Origin: Methanobacteriota archaeon
GTDB lineage: Archaea > Thermoplasmatota > E2 > DHVEG-1
DNA length: 50,006 nucleotides
Assembly (NCBI GenBank): GCA_017885605.1
Contig: JAFNFT010000028.1
Span: forward strand, 2,095-52,100
Direction of reading: 5' to 3'
Part shown: piece after piece, positions 26,419 through 36,076 of the stretch
Layout: each line of letters opens with the position of its first letter
How positions within the stretch are numbered: the stretch's first letter is position 1
The notes under the pieces: generated by a model
What the model was told of the DNA's origin: nothing
The model's database searches: none
What the model saw: the letters and a program-made list of their open reading frames with translations, nothing else
Made by a program: the position numbers and the translations under genes

Positions 26419-29400
26419 ATGAAAGCAAAACATAGTGTATGGAAAAGTAAGCTAGTGAAGACTACGCTTCTTATGACCGCCGTCTTGGTCGCTGCTTTGT
26501 TTTTAGGCACAGCAGCTTCTGCAGGACTACGATCGCAAGACACGAAGACACAAAACAATAATGATAATAGAAACACCGCGGCTCTTTCTAAAACATCAGC
26601 TCTAAGGACAGATGGTTTAGCACCTGCGTCGATGACAAAGGGAATTAAGACCCAGCATGAACCACTGTTGGACCGGGGTTATTTCTATGGGTACGACGCA
26701 AATAATCTCCTGGTAATTACCTTTGATACCCCTGATGCCATTGATACACTTGCATCAGGTGTGTTCCCGAACTTCTGTGGCGGAGCTGATATCGACGCAG
26801 ACGGAAACTGGTATGGTTGTGATTACGCCGGTGGATTGTATCTCATCGACACAGAAACCGGTACCCAGACCTTCATTGCAAGCACAATAGGAGTGAACGG
26901 GATGGCCTTTGATTACGCTTCAGGAAACTGGTATGTCTCAAGCGCGAACAGTTTATACATCATGGACATTACCACAGGAGCAACCACCCTTGTCGGAGCG
27001 CACGGTATTACGAATACCATAATCGGTATCGCCTGTGATAAAGATGGCAACATGTACGGATACGATGTCCTCTGGACCGGTGATAGCATGCTGTACTCCA
27101 TTAACACAGCAACTGGTGCAGCCACTATCATTGGAGATATGGGATACGGTTTCGTGTACGCCCAGGATTGTGCGTATGACCGAGACAACGATGTCCTGTA
27201 TATCGCAGGGTATTTCAACAGCGGGTCTCCCTCTGCATTGTTAACCTGTGACGTCTCCACTGGTGCCGCTACTATTGTTGGAAATTTTGAAGGCGGCATA
27301 GAAGTCGATGGATTAGCTATCCCCTGGATACCTATCCAATACCCTGATGATATCGCCATCAGCAGTATTGTCAAACCAGCCACTGGAAGCGCCGCACCAA
27401 TTATCCCGATCGTTAAAGTGAAAAACTCTGGGGATAACGTCGAAACCAATGTGGATATCAAATTAGATATCGGTAAACAGGTAATCAGCGGGAATTTCGA
27501 AGATTTCGAAGCAACCGACGGCGGATACACACATAATGCCAATGGAGCCGGAGTCGATGCTTGGCAGTGGGGAACACCAACCTCTGGGCCAATGGCCGCG
27601 CATTCCGGGTCAAAAGTATGGGCGACAAACCTTGCAGGGCTCTATCCAGCCAGCATGTGGTGCAGTCTAATTACCACTCCGTTCACCGTGCCTGCTGCTT
27701 TTCAGTTCAAGTTCTGGCACTGGTATCAGTTTGAGAGCAACTATGATGGAGGTAACGTGAAGATCACCATTGATGGTGGAGCTACCTGGACGCTTATCAC
27801 CCCAGTCGGCGGTTATCCTGGAGTTATGAGTTCAAACCCCTACATGAATGGTCAAGCCGCTTATACCGGAACAACAGCGGGAGCTAGCTGGAATCAAGCC
27901 GTTTTCGATTTATCAGCTTATGAAGGAAACGTTGTCCAGATTATGTGGGAAACCGCAAGTGACTCATCTGTCCAATATAATGGTTGGTACATTGATGATG
28001 TCGGTGATGTAATCATAAGCTGGCAGAACGTTTACTCCCAGACCGTCACCATCCCGACCATCGCTCCTGATGAGACAATTAATGTCACGTTCCCTGAATG
28101 GACACCAGCCGAAATGGGTCTTGTTGAGAACACGAACGTCAACTACTTCGCAGAGGCATATAACCTCTTTGCAGATGATAACACAAACAACGATTACAAA
28201 GAAAAAGCGTTCACCCTGCACTACGGATACTTCAACGATGTGAAGGTCAACTCGATCAACTCACCTATTAACGGTCTTGCAGCTCCGCAGACACCTGAAG
28301 TGACCATTTCAAACGTTGGACAGTTCGATCAGAGCGCCAATGTCAACATGGTCATCAGCAAAAGATCCTATGGTTCCGAATGGAAAGTGTGGAACCCCAG
28401 CGGAGGTAACACCTGGGTACGAGATACGACTGGCCCAAGAACCGGTGTAGGTGATGCAAAGTGCACGTATGAATACACTGCATTACCGAACGATGACTGG
28501 CTTGCAACCCCTGGAAACGTTGTCGCTCCTGGTGGAGTGTTCAGCTTCTGGGTCCAAGGATATGTGTACAACGATGATACCTATCACGTCTACATCTCCA
28601 CCACGGGAAACACCATTGATGATTTCCTTGCGGGAACCGAGCTGTTCTCAGGTATTGCACCAACTTCCTATACGTTGCAATCCTTTGACTTGTCAGCATA
28701 CGAAGGACAAACCGTGTACTGTGGTATTTTCTACGATGGAAACTACGCCTGGTACATCTGGGTCGATGATGTCACTTTACCTGATGGAACCTTTGAGGGT
28801 TTCGAGGGAACAACCTTCCCACCAATGCTCGTCAGTTTGACCCCTGAGTACGATCAGACCACAACCGTTGATATCGCAGTTGGAGAAACCATGAATGTCT
28901 CCTTACCTTTGTGGACGCCAGCGGATCTGCCATTAGCAATGGGTATTGATTACCAAGCTGATGTCGAAGTCACCTTGAACGGGTTTACTCCGATCTACAA
29001 CTACGGTTTCGAAGACTGGAGCGCAGCATTCCCACCAACTGGATGGAACATCTATGACGTAAATGGCGGTGGCAGCTGGGTACAAAGCACCACTGGACAG
29101 CACACAGGTGTCGCATGTGCGAAAGTTTCCTATAACTACCCTGCACCAAACGATGATTGGCTTGTCACACCGGGAACCGTAGTCGCACCTGGCGGAGTCT
29201 TTGACCTCTGGGTTAACTCCTACTATTCCTATGATACCTACCAAATCTACATGTCCACCACGGGAAACACCGTCGCTGACTTCTATGCAGGAACCCTACT
29301 GGCTGATATAACCTCAGCACCAACGGTCTACACACAATACACCTTTGACATGTCCGCATATGTCGGTCAAACAGTCTGGTTTGGTATTTTATCTAATGCA

Positions 29401-31491
29401 GACGATTGGTTCTACGTCTGGGTCGATGATGTCACCCTCCCTGATGGATCCTTCGAAGGATTCGAAAACACTGCAGCAGGCTGGCCAGGTTGGACTATTA
29501 TAAATTATGGTGTTCCCAACCAATGGTTTTCAGTTAATGCTGGTTCATACCCAACTTGTATGCCACCCGAAGGAATTTCCATGGCAGAATACAATTCCTG
29601 GAATGTTGCATCAGGAAACGCCGCCGACCTATTACAGACTGGAGCCACCGTGGACTTTACCAGTGCAACCCAAATGAAATTCCAAATGATGCATAACACC
29701 GGCTATAACGCTGCTGATGTCATCTACCCACTATTATCAGCAGATGGTGTTAACTGGTGGTATGACGGCACTGGATTCTACCAATATGACGGAACAAACG
29801 GCTGGAAGACAGAAACCATGGACTACAGTCTATTAATCAACTACTTAGGCGGTCCTGGTAACTACTACATTGGATTCGAAGCAGTTTCTGCCTATGGTTA
29901 CAATATGTTCATCGACGATATCAGCGTCTCAGTCTTTTCATCGATTCCCGATGGGAACCCAGCGGACAACACCATGAGCAAGATGTTCACCTTAAGCTAC
30001 GAACACGATGTTGGTGTCACAGCGATCACAGAGCCTTCCTACACGCCGCCACCCAAGAACGGTGAGGTCATCTTCCACCAGGGATACTGGGGAGTCGATG
30101 AATCCTGGGCGTTTAATAACGCTGGAGTAGGATCAGGTACCGTGTACCTCATCCAAGAGGATTTCTCGGGTCTCAGCGATAAAATCGGTGATATAGCATT
30201 CTGGGGTCTTTCCCTGATCTACGCAGGCGGATGGTCTGAAGGCAGCCCGGCAATGACATTCAACGTCATCTTCTACGAAGATAACGCTGGAGCACCTGGC
30301 GCAGCCGTCGCGACATTCAATGGTCTGGAAGCAACATTCGAGGACACTGGACTTGACTACATCGGCTTCTCGATGTATAAATGGTCAGTCGTCTTACCAG
30401 AAGCAGTAGAGCTGACGGCCGGCTGGATATCGATCCAGAGTACACTGCCCGCGGATCTCTCTAACCTCATGTGGGCGACAGGACCTGACGGGAACAACAA
30501 CGCTTTACAGAACGGCGCCGCACTGTTACAAAACATGGCCTACGACCTCGGTAAAGCAGAAGTACCTCCACCTAGCGGAAACTGGCCACCAGGAACCTAC
30601 CAGGTCGCTGGTGTTGTAAAGAACCTTGGTGTCACCTACGATGAGTCCAACTTCGACGTCAACACCCAGATCAAAGCACCGAACGGCACGATCATCTATG
30701 ACTATACAGTGACCGTTGCTAATGTGCTCATACCGGGCCAAACAGCAGATGTAGCCTTCCCGGAATTCACCATACCTGATGATGCTGCATGGGAAGGAAA
30801 ATACACCCTTACCATGAAGACCATGCTCGTTGGTGATGACCACGCGAACAACGACAAGAAGACCATGGACTTCACCATCCAGAGAAAGGATATCACGCCA
30901 CCTATAACAAACGCAACCGTATCAGGGACCATGGGACAGAACAACTGGTATGTCAGCAATGTCCAAGTAACCTTAACAGCGACTGACTTCAAATGGCCAA
31001 TGGGCGTCAACTACACCATGTATAAGGTCGACAACGGCGCCTGGACGGTATATGGAGCCCCAATCGTTGTCAGCACCGATGGTCAGCACACGGTCTCCTA
31101 CTACTCCGTCGACTTAGCTATACCCCCAAACACTGAAGAAACAAAGGAAGTAAGCTTCAAGATGGACAAGACCGCACCGGTATTCACCAACTATTCGTTC
31201 ACACCACTCAACTTCATGAAGAACAAATGGTTGTGCAGTGCGACGGTAGAAGATGCAACCAGTGGAGTCGTCTTAGTAGAATTCTACGTGGATGACGCAC
31301 TAGTCGGAAGCGCCACTGAAACACCCTACGAGTTCGAATTCGACGGCAAGCCAACCAACAATTCACAAGCACTCGCCTACGATGCCGCAGGCAACTCAGC
31401 ACTCAGCGCTATTGCTCAATACTACGAGATGGGCTACCAGCAACAGAGCCAACCAACCCTGAAGCTGAACCAACAAACAAAGCTGATCTAA
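26419..31491 (+). CDS. Giant secreted adhesin-like protein (1690 aa): propeller-like repeats, CARDB-like modules, three cleaved-adhesin / choice-of-anchor-J-like modules, Ig-like C-terminal modules
   Basis: After a signal peptide (LLMTAVLVAALFLGTAASAG) come repeated LYxIDxxTGxxTxIG units. CARDB-like stretches follow (IVKVKNSGDNVETNV; VTISNVGQFDQSANV). Two near-duplicate modules are PNDDWLATPGNVVAPGGVFSFWV...YHVYISTTGNTIDDF...WVDDVTLPDGTFEGFE and PNDDWLVTPGTVVAPGGVFDLWV...YQIYMSTTGNTVADF...WVDDVTLPDGSFEGFE, and a third is more divergent. There is no C-terminal anchor. Confidence 0.8.
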   Translation: MKAKHSVWKSKLVKTTLLMTAVLVAALFLGTAASAGLRSQDTKTQNNNDNRNTAALSKTSALRTDGLAPASMTKGIKTQHEPLLDRGYFYGYDANNLLVITFDTPDAIDTLASGVFPNFCGGADIDADGNWYGCDYAGGLYLIDTETGTQTFIASTIGVNGMAFDYASGNWYVSSANSLYIMDITTGATTLVGAHGITNTIIGIACDKDGNMYGYDVLWTGDSMLYSINTATGAATIIGDMGYGFVYAQDCAYDRDNDVLYIAGYFNSGSPSALLTCDVSTGAATIVGNFEGGIEVDGLAIPWIPIQYPDDIAISSIVKPATGSAAPIIPIVKVKNSGDNVETNVDIKLDIGKQVISGNFEDFEATDGGYTHNANGAGVDAWQWGTPTSGPMAAHSGSKVWATNLAGLYPASMWCSLITTPFTVPAAFQFKFWHWYQFESNYDGGNVKITIDGGATWTLITPVGGYPGVMSSNPYMNGQAAYTGTTAGASWNQAVFDLSAYEGNVVQIMWETASDSSVQYNGWYIDDVGDVIISWQNVYSQTVTIPTIAPDETINVTFPEWTPAEMGLVENTNVNYFAEAYNLFADDNTNNDYKEKAFTLHYGYFNDVKVNSINSPINGLAAPQTPEVTISNVGQFDQSANVNMVISKRSYGSEWKVWNPSGGNTWVRDTTGPRTGVGDAKCTYEYTALPNDDWLATPGNVVAPGGVFSFWVQGYVYNDDTYHVYISTTGNTIDDFLAGTELFSGIAPTSYTLQSFDLSAYEGQTVYCGIFYDGNYAWYIWVDDVTLPDGTFEGFEGTTFPPMLVSLTPEYDQTTTVDIAVGETMNVSLPLWTPADLPLAMGIDYQADVEVTLNGFTPIYNYGFEDWSAAFPPTGWNIYDVNGGGSWVQSTTGQHTGVACAKVSYNYPAPNDDWLVTPGTVVAPGGVFDLWVNSYYSYDTYQIYMSTTGNTVADFYAGTLLADITSAPTVYTQYTFDMSAYVGQTVWFGILSNADDWFYVWVDDVTLPDGSFEGFENTAAGWPGWTIINYGVPNQWFSVNAGSYPTCMPPEGISMAEYNSWNVASGNAADLLQTGATVDFTSATQMKFQMMHNTGYNAADVIYPLLSADGVNWWYDGTGFYQYDGTNGWKTETMDYSLLINYLGGPGNYYIGFEAVSAYGYNMFIDDISVSVFSSIPDGNPADNTMSKMFTLSYEHDVGVTAITEPSYTPPPKNGEVIFHQGYWGVDESWAFNNAGVGSGTVYLIQEDFSGLSDKIGDIAFWGLSLIYAGGWSEGSPAMTFNVIFYEDNAGAPGAAVATFNGLEATFEDTGLDYIGFSMYKWSVVLPEAVELTAGWISIQSTLPADLSNLMWATGPDGNNNALQNGAALLQNMAYDLGKAEVPPPSGNWPPGTYQVAGVVKNLGVTYDESNFDVNTQIKAPNGTIIYDYTVTVANVLIPGQTADVAFPEFTIPDDAAWEGKYTLTMKTMLVGDDHANNDKKTMDFTIQRKDITPPITNATVSGTMGQNNWYVSNVQVTLTATDFKWPMGVNYTMYKVDNGAWTVYGAPIVVSTDGQHTVSYYSVDLAIPPNTEETKEVSFKMDKTAPVFTNYSFTPLNFMKNKWLCSATVEDATSGVVLVEFYVDDALVGSATETPYEFEFDGKPTNNSQALAYDAAGNSALSAIAQYYEMGYQQQSQPTLKLNQQTKLI

Positions 31492-31506
31492 ACACAACAA
31501 CACAAC

Positions 31507-31559
31507 GGAGTGAATAATCCTTCACTCCCCTCTCTATCTTTTTTTTATTTTTTTTCTTT
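31507..31559 (+). terminator. Hairpin (GGAGTGAA-TAATCC-TTCACTCC) plus oligo-T terminator
   Basis: A perfect 8-bp stem at 31507-31528 is followed by CCTCTCTATCTTTTTTTTATTTTTTTTC. Confidence 0.7.
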
Positions 31560-31692
31560 CATCCCTATATTCACGTGTTTTCTGCAGGTATCTCACTGCT
31601 TTGTTGAAAATCAATTACATTTTCTGATGGGATAAAGCATATATACCATGTGATCATTATTATTCAGTACAATTAGAGATAGGGGAAAAAAT

Positions 31693-34386
31693 ATGAAGAA
31701 TAAAACAAAACATAAAAGTACAGTAGGCAAACTAGGTGTCGTTTTTATCATTTGCATCGCAATGATTTTGACATCTGCAGTGACATCGGTTGGAAACGCA
31801 TCCAAACTAGACCAATTCATGCTGAACAGTCGAATGGTCTACACCTTTGATTTTAAGGAACCAACACTCCAAGCAGCCAATGCAGACTATACAACGATCA
31901 CGATGCCAGGGTGTCTGGCGATCGGGAAAACAGCAGGTGACCCAGTGGTCCCTGTAAAAATCATCACCCTGCTCATACCACCCAACAAAGCAGTCTCGCG
32001 GATCAATGTCCTTGGAACACCTGTGACTCTGAATCTACAGGATGTCAATTTGATGCAAAAACCACTCTTCCCACAACAACGATCTGTTCCTATTGGCAGT
32101 GATGAACCCTATGAGTTTGTCATAAACTCAGCGCTGTATTCATCGGATGCCTATTACCCGACGACACGGTATGCGGACTATGCTATTGGTTATTCCCATG
32201 GATATACGATTCTTTCCTTTAGTCTCAACCCGGTTCAATACAACCCAGTGCAGGGAACCATCGTCTATTACCCGAAAATGACGGTCAGTATCACGTTACA
32301 ACCAGCGGAGAATGCAAACCAATTCTTCAGTAACAACCCTGCTGATAAGACCTATGTCCAATCCTTGGTTTCAAACCCTGAGATAGCGAACCTGTACCAA
32401 AATGCTCCCTTACCTGTGTTTGAATATGGAGGCGGACTGTGCGATCCTGCTGACAGCTATGATTACGTGATTATTACCACGACTCAGAACGGGCTTGACT
32501 ATTGGGATACGAGTGGTTCTACCCCTTATAACTGGGAAAGTCTGATGGATCATCATGCTGGTGATGGGTTGAGCTGTACCCTGGTGACCGTTCAGGACAT
32601 CTATGCCTGTTCTGATTATTATCTCCCCAATCCCTTCAATGACACCAGGGCACATATCCGTGAGTTCTGTAAGGATGCCTACGAGGACTGGGGAACACGA
32701 TATATTCTCATCGCTGGTGATGCTGATACGATTCCTGCGCGGCAGTTATACTATTCTTATGAAGGGAATTTCGACTCTGATGTCTACTGGAGTAACCTGG
32801 ATAACGATTTCAATAACGATCAGGATGCTCAATGGGGCGAATCAGGGGATAGCGGCTACGATTTATATTCTGAGATGTTCATCGGGCGTGTCACTTGTGA
32901 TGTTCCTCAGGATGTCTCAAATTGGCTGACAAAGAGTTTCTACTACGCGGATAGCTCAGATTTTGACTATTTAGATAATGCAGGATTCTTTGGCGGTTCC
33001 CTCGGATTTCCCGGCATCGAAGGCGATGACTTCATTGATTATAGTGCAATAAAAGGCACAACGAACTATTTTGGAACAGATCCTGATTATGCTGGTCCTT
33101 ATCCAACCTGGCTTGGCTTCCTGTACGGTTTTGAGACCTGGAATGAGGTAAACCCTGGAAACCAATTTAACCTGTCTGTAAAGATAACCAGTGAAAACCC
33201 AAATCCAGGTTGGACCGGAGGAGGAACGAATGCATTTAAAAACGCTGTCAACGATGACCAAGTGACCCTCATCAGTTGCGTTGCTCATGCAAATGAACAC
33301 ATGTCTATGGATATCTACGATACTGAGTGGGAAAGCCAATATCATAACACAAAACCATTCTTCCTTTCTGATTACGGCTGTCACTGTGGAGATTTTGACG
33401 CAACCGATGACGGTGTCATCGAATCGATGCTGTTCCATTCAAATACAGAACTCGCCTTTGGCGTTGTCTACAACACTGCGTCTGGATGGGGACAATTTTA
33501 TTGCACGAACTCAAGCAGTGCACATCAACAAAAATTATTCTGGGATTATTTCTTTGATATGGAAAACAACTCTGTTGACTACAGTAATTGGCAACTTGGG
33601 AAAGGACATGCATGGTCAAAAGATATGATGGCTCCCATGATCAACTGGGGTGATTATGAAGAATCGCGTAGCACCATAGGCTGCTGTCTCCTCTTTGGTG
33701 ATCCTGCACAGGTACTAAAATCTGCGTCTCCCAGTGATGCACCAACACAACCGACAAAACCAGTCGGCTCAACCCTTGGGATCTGGAACGTTGAGTATGC
33801 GTATACCAGTAGCGCAACTGATCCAAACACAGATCAGATTTTCTACTTGTTCGACTGGGCAGACGGCAGCAACAGCGGATGGCTCGGACCTTACCCCTCA
33901 GGACAAACCGGGACAGCATCACACATATGGACTGAACTTGGGACATACAACGTCAAGGTAAAGGCTCGAGATGTTTGGGGTGCAGGGAGTGCCTGGTCAG
34001 ATGAATTATTGGTAACGATTACTGATAACAACCTACCGAGTATACCGATTATCACCGGTCCCGGGGAAGGAGTACCAGGAAACCAATACCTCTACAACAT
34101 TGTCTCCGAGGATCTTGATGGCCATGATATCTCCTACTTCGTTGACTGGGGCGATAATACAACCACTGGGTGGCTTGGTCCGTACGTCTCTGGTACCCAG
34201 ATACATGTACTACATTCCTGGAATGTGACGGGAACATACATCGTAAAAGCCAAAGCTAAGGACACCATGAACGGAGAAAGTGACTGGGGCGTTCTCACAA
34301 TCGTAGTACCCGTTGAAGTAGGCTTCAGCAGTACGACCCAGCAACTCTTCGCAAGCCTCCTGTTTGATCAACGCGTAATGGGTTAA
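31693..34386 (+). CDS. Secreted divergent C25-like cysteine peptidase with two PKD-like modules (paralogue A)
   Basis: It has a signal peptide and a Propeptide_C25-like N-domain (YTFDFKEPTLQ...GCLAIGKTAGDPVVPVK). The core is YDYVIITT...ILIAGDADTIPARQ...DVYWSNLD...FIGRV. The His is in CVAHANEH and the Cys in GCHCGDF (second Cys 33 residues after the His). Two WxDGxxxGWLGPYxSG...VKxKAxD modules follow. Confidence 0.7.
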   Translation: MKNKTKHKSTVGKLGVVFIICIAMILTSAVTSVGNASKLDQFMLNSRMVYTFDFKEPTLQAANADYTTITMPGCLAIGKTAGDPVVPVKIITLLIPPNKAVSRINVLGTPVTLNLQDVNLMQKPLFPQQRSVPIGSDEPYEFVINSALYSSDAYYPTTRYADYAIGYSHGYTILSFSLNPVQYNPVQGTIVYYPKMTVSITLQPAENANQFFSNNPADKTYVQSLVSNPEIANLYQNAPLPVFEYGGGLCDPADSYDYVIITTTQNGLDYWDTSGSTPYNWESLMDHHAGDGLSCTLVTVQDIYACSDYYLPNPFNDTRAHIREFCKDAYEDWGTRYILIAGDADTIPARQLYYSYEGNFDSDVYWSNLDNDFNNDQDAQWGESGDSGYDLYSEMFIGRVTCDVPQDVSNWLTKSFYYADSSDFDYLDNAGFFGGSLGFPGIEGDDFIDYSAIKGTTNYFGTDPDYAGPYPTWLGFLYGFETWNEVNPGNQFNLSVKITSENPNPGWTGGGTNAFKNAVNDDQVTLISCVAHANEHMSMDIYDTEWESQYHNTKPFFLSDYGCHCGDFDATDDGVIESMLFHSNTELAFGVVYNTASGWGQFYCTNSSSAHQQKLFWDYFFDMENNSVDYSNWQLGKGHAWSKDMMAPMINWGDYEESRSTIGCCLLFGDPAQVLKSASPSDAPTQPTKPVGSTLGIWNVEYAYTSSATDPNTDQIFYLFDWADGSNSGWLGPYPSGQTGTASHIWTELGTYNVKVKARDVWGAGSAWSDELLVTITDNNLPSIPIITGPGEGVPGNQYLYNIVSEDLDGHDISYFVDWGDNTTTGWLGPYVSGTQIHVLHSWNVTGTYIVKAKAKDTMNGESDWGVLTIVVPVEVGFSSTTQQLFASLLFDQRVMG

Positions 34387-34405
34387 GATCTGAAAGACAA
34401 ACCAA

Positions 34406-34430
34406 ACACCCATCTTTTTTTTTTATTTTT
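34406..34430 (+). terminator. C-rich then oligo-T terminator
   Basis: ACACCCATCTTTTTTTTTTATTTTT lies 20 nt after the stop. Confidence 0.55.
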
Positions 34431-34669
34431 ATAATTACCCTCAGCTATTACAGAAATAAAAAATAGGCATAGCTTGTGTCCTACCTTCCATTATTTCTAT
34501 ATATATTGTTTATTGTGATACATCATTTATATACTAATCATCATTTTCCTTCACTCACTTTTGATTGAATTTTTTATTACTTTTTTTAAAGAATTATAAG
34601 AATATAAGGAAAAACATCGACAATAGATTTAAATACAGAATGACTATAATTAATAATGGGGATAAAAAT

Positions 34670-36076
34670 ATGAAAAGAGTAATACAAATATGGTTAGTAG
34701 CAATTTTTATAGGCTGCCTTGTTGGAACAAGTGTTCTTCCTGCGGTAGATAGTCAACAAAATCAAATAAACATCAAATCTACAGATGGAGCAATCTCGAA
34801 TGTACCGTATACTGGTCGCCTGCGTGTTTATGTGGTCGAACCTGTCTCACGATGGAACATGTATAATGGACAACCATACCATTTTGGATTCCTTGGTTTT
34901 GCATTCAATCAAGACATCTCAATTGATCCACAGGATACCTATCAAAACTCGATAACCTGGACTGGGGACGTAACCGAGTCAAATGCCATGGTTATGGCTG
35001 TTGTGTTCAATTCTGAACCACATCAGGGGTATGCGTATCCTCCCTCAAGTAATCCCTTCACGGCGTACTACAACGATGCGACTGCAGCAGCAACACCAGG
35101 AAACACTGGGTACAATACTGTGAACGAAACTTTCACACACACTGTTTTTGCTGAAGAGGCCACCGCAACATGGTGCCCCTATTGTCCAGATATGGCTACC
35201 AAACTCAATAATATCTACGAATCAGGTACCTATCCCTATTACTTCGTTGCATTGGTTGCTGATCAGAATGCACAGGCTCAAACTCGAATAAATGAATACA
35301 ACACCTACGGGTACCCAACAGCATTTTTTGACGGTGGATTAAAAGTCATTGTCGGTAGCGGCGTCAGTGAAACTGTCTACCGTAACGATATAAAGAATTG
35401 TGGAAACCGTGATGTCCCTGAACTCAATCTCTCAGTCTCAGTCACCTATATCGGAAGTGGAGATCTTCAAATCGATGTAACCATTACAAACAATCCGGCT
35501 GGAGAAGACTTAGTCTGTGACGCAGGCGGACCCTACACTGGGGAAATCAACGTCCCAGTTCAGTTCACTGGTGTTGCATCCGGTGGAACAGAACCGTACA
35601 CCTGGGCATGGGCCTTTGGTGACGGCGCTACCGCATCAGTCCAAAACCCAACCCACACCTATACCACAAAAGGCACCTACACTGCCACCCTGACAGTCAC
35701 GGATGCAGCATCAGGCACAGCCACGGATACAGCAACAGCTACCATCACCGAACCTGTGTTACTTCCCGTGTTAGAAATCGGGACAATCACCGGTGGATTC
35801 GATGTGAAAGCATCAGTGAAAAACACTGGAGAAGCAGCTGCAACAAATGTTGTCTGGACGCTGAGTCTTGACGGAAAATTAGTCTTCCTTGGAAAGGAAT
35901 CCACGGGTACAATCGCAACCCTCGCAGTTGCAGGAAACGAACCAATTAAAGCAGGGTTCATCCTTGGCTTTGGTAAAACAAACATCGCCATTTCAGCAAC
36001 CTGCGATGAAGGCGTATCCGCAGAGGCAACCGCAAGCGGGTTAGTCCTCGGACCATTCGTCCTTGGAGTGAAATAA
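34670..36076 (+). CDS. Secreted thioredoxin-like (WCPYC) protein with canonical PKD domain and the conserved ~100-aa C-terminal domain
   Basis: Start set at ATG 34670 (GGGGAT RBS; MKRVIQIWLVAIFIGCLVGTSVLPA signal peptide). EEATATWCPYCPDM...YGYPTAFFDGG is a thioredoxin-fold pattern. The PKD domain is FTGVASGGTEPYTWAWAFGDGATA..NPTHTYTTKGTYTATLTVTD. The C-terminal domain spans 35765..36073. Confidence 0.7.
   Translation: MKRVIQIWLVAIFIGCLVGTSVLPAVDSQQNQINIKSTDGAISNVPYTGRLRVYVVEPVSRWNMYNGQPYHFGFLGFAFNQDISIDPQDTYQNSITWTGDVTESNAMVMAVVFNSEPHQGYAYPPSSNPFTAYYNDATAAATPGNTGYNTVNETFTHTVFAEEATATWCPYCPDMATKLNNIYESGTYPYYFVALVADQNAQAQTRINEYNTYGYPTAFFDGGLKVIVGSGVSETVYRNDIKNCGNRDVPELNLSVSVTYIGSGDLQIDVTITNNPAGEDLVCDAGGPYTGEINVPVQFTGVASGGTEPYTWAWAFGDGATASVQNPTHTYTTKGTYTATLTVTDAASGTATDTATATITEPVLLPVLEIGTITGGFDVKASVKNTGEAAATNVVWTLSLDGKLVFLGKESTGTIATLAVAGNEPIKAGFILGFGKTNIAISATCDEGVSAEATASGLVLGPFVLGVK

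Noticed and set aside
26913-27542. Long antisense or alternate-frame ORFs inside large genes: 26913..27542 (-), 38074..38811 (+), 40335..41027 (+), 19643..20152 (+), 8903..9316 (+), 47353..47838 (-), 32971..33438 (-)
   Set aside because: All are fully nested in genes with clear family signatures on the other strand or frame. Their translations are compositionally skewed and carry no recognisable motifs. The similar shadow ORFs in both C25-like paralogues simply mirror the paralogy.
33730-34300. Diversity-generating retroelement or programmed hypervariation in the repeated PKD-like modules
   Set aside because: There is no reverse transcriptase, no template/variable repeat pair with adenine-specific differences, and no IMH-like element in the window. 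Differences between module copies are ordinary paralogue divergence, and one tract is homogenised rather than diversified.
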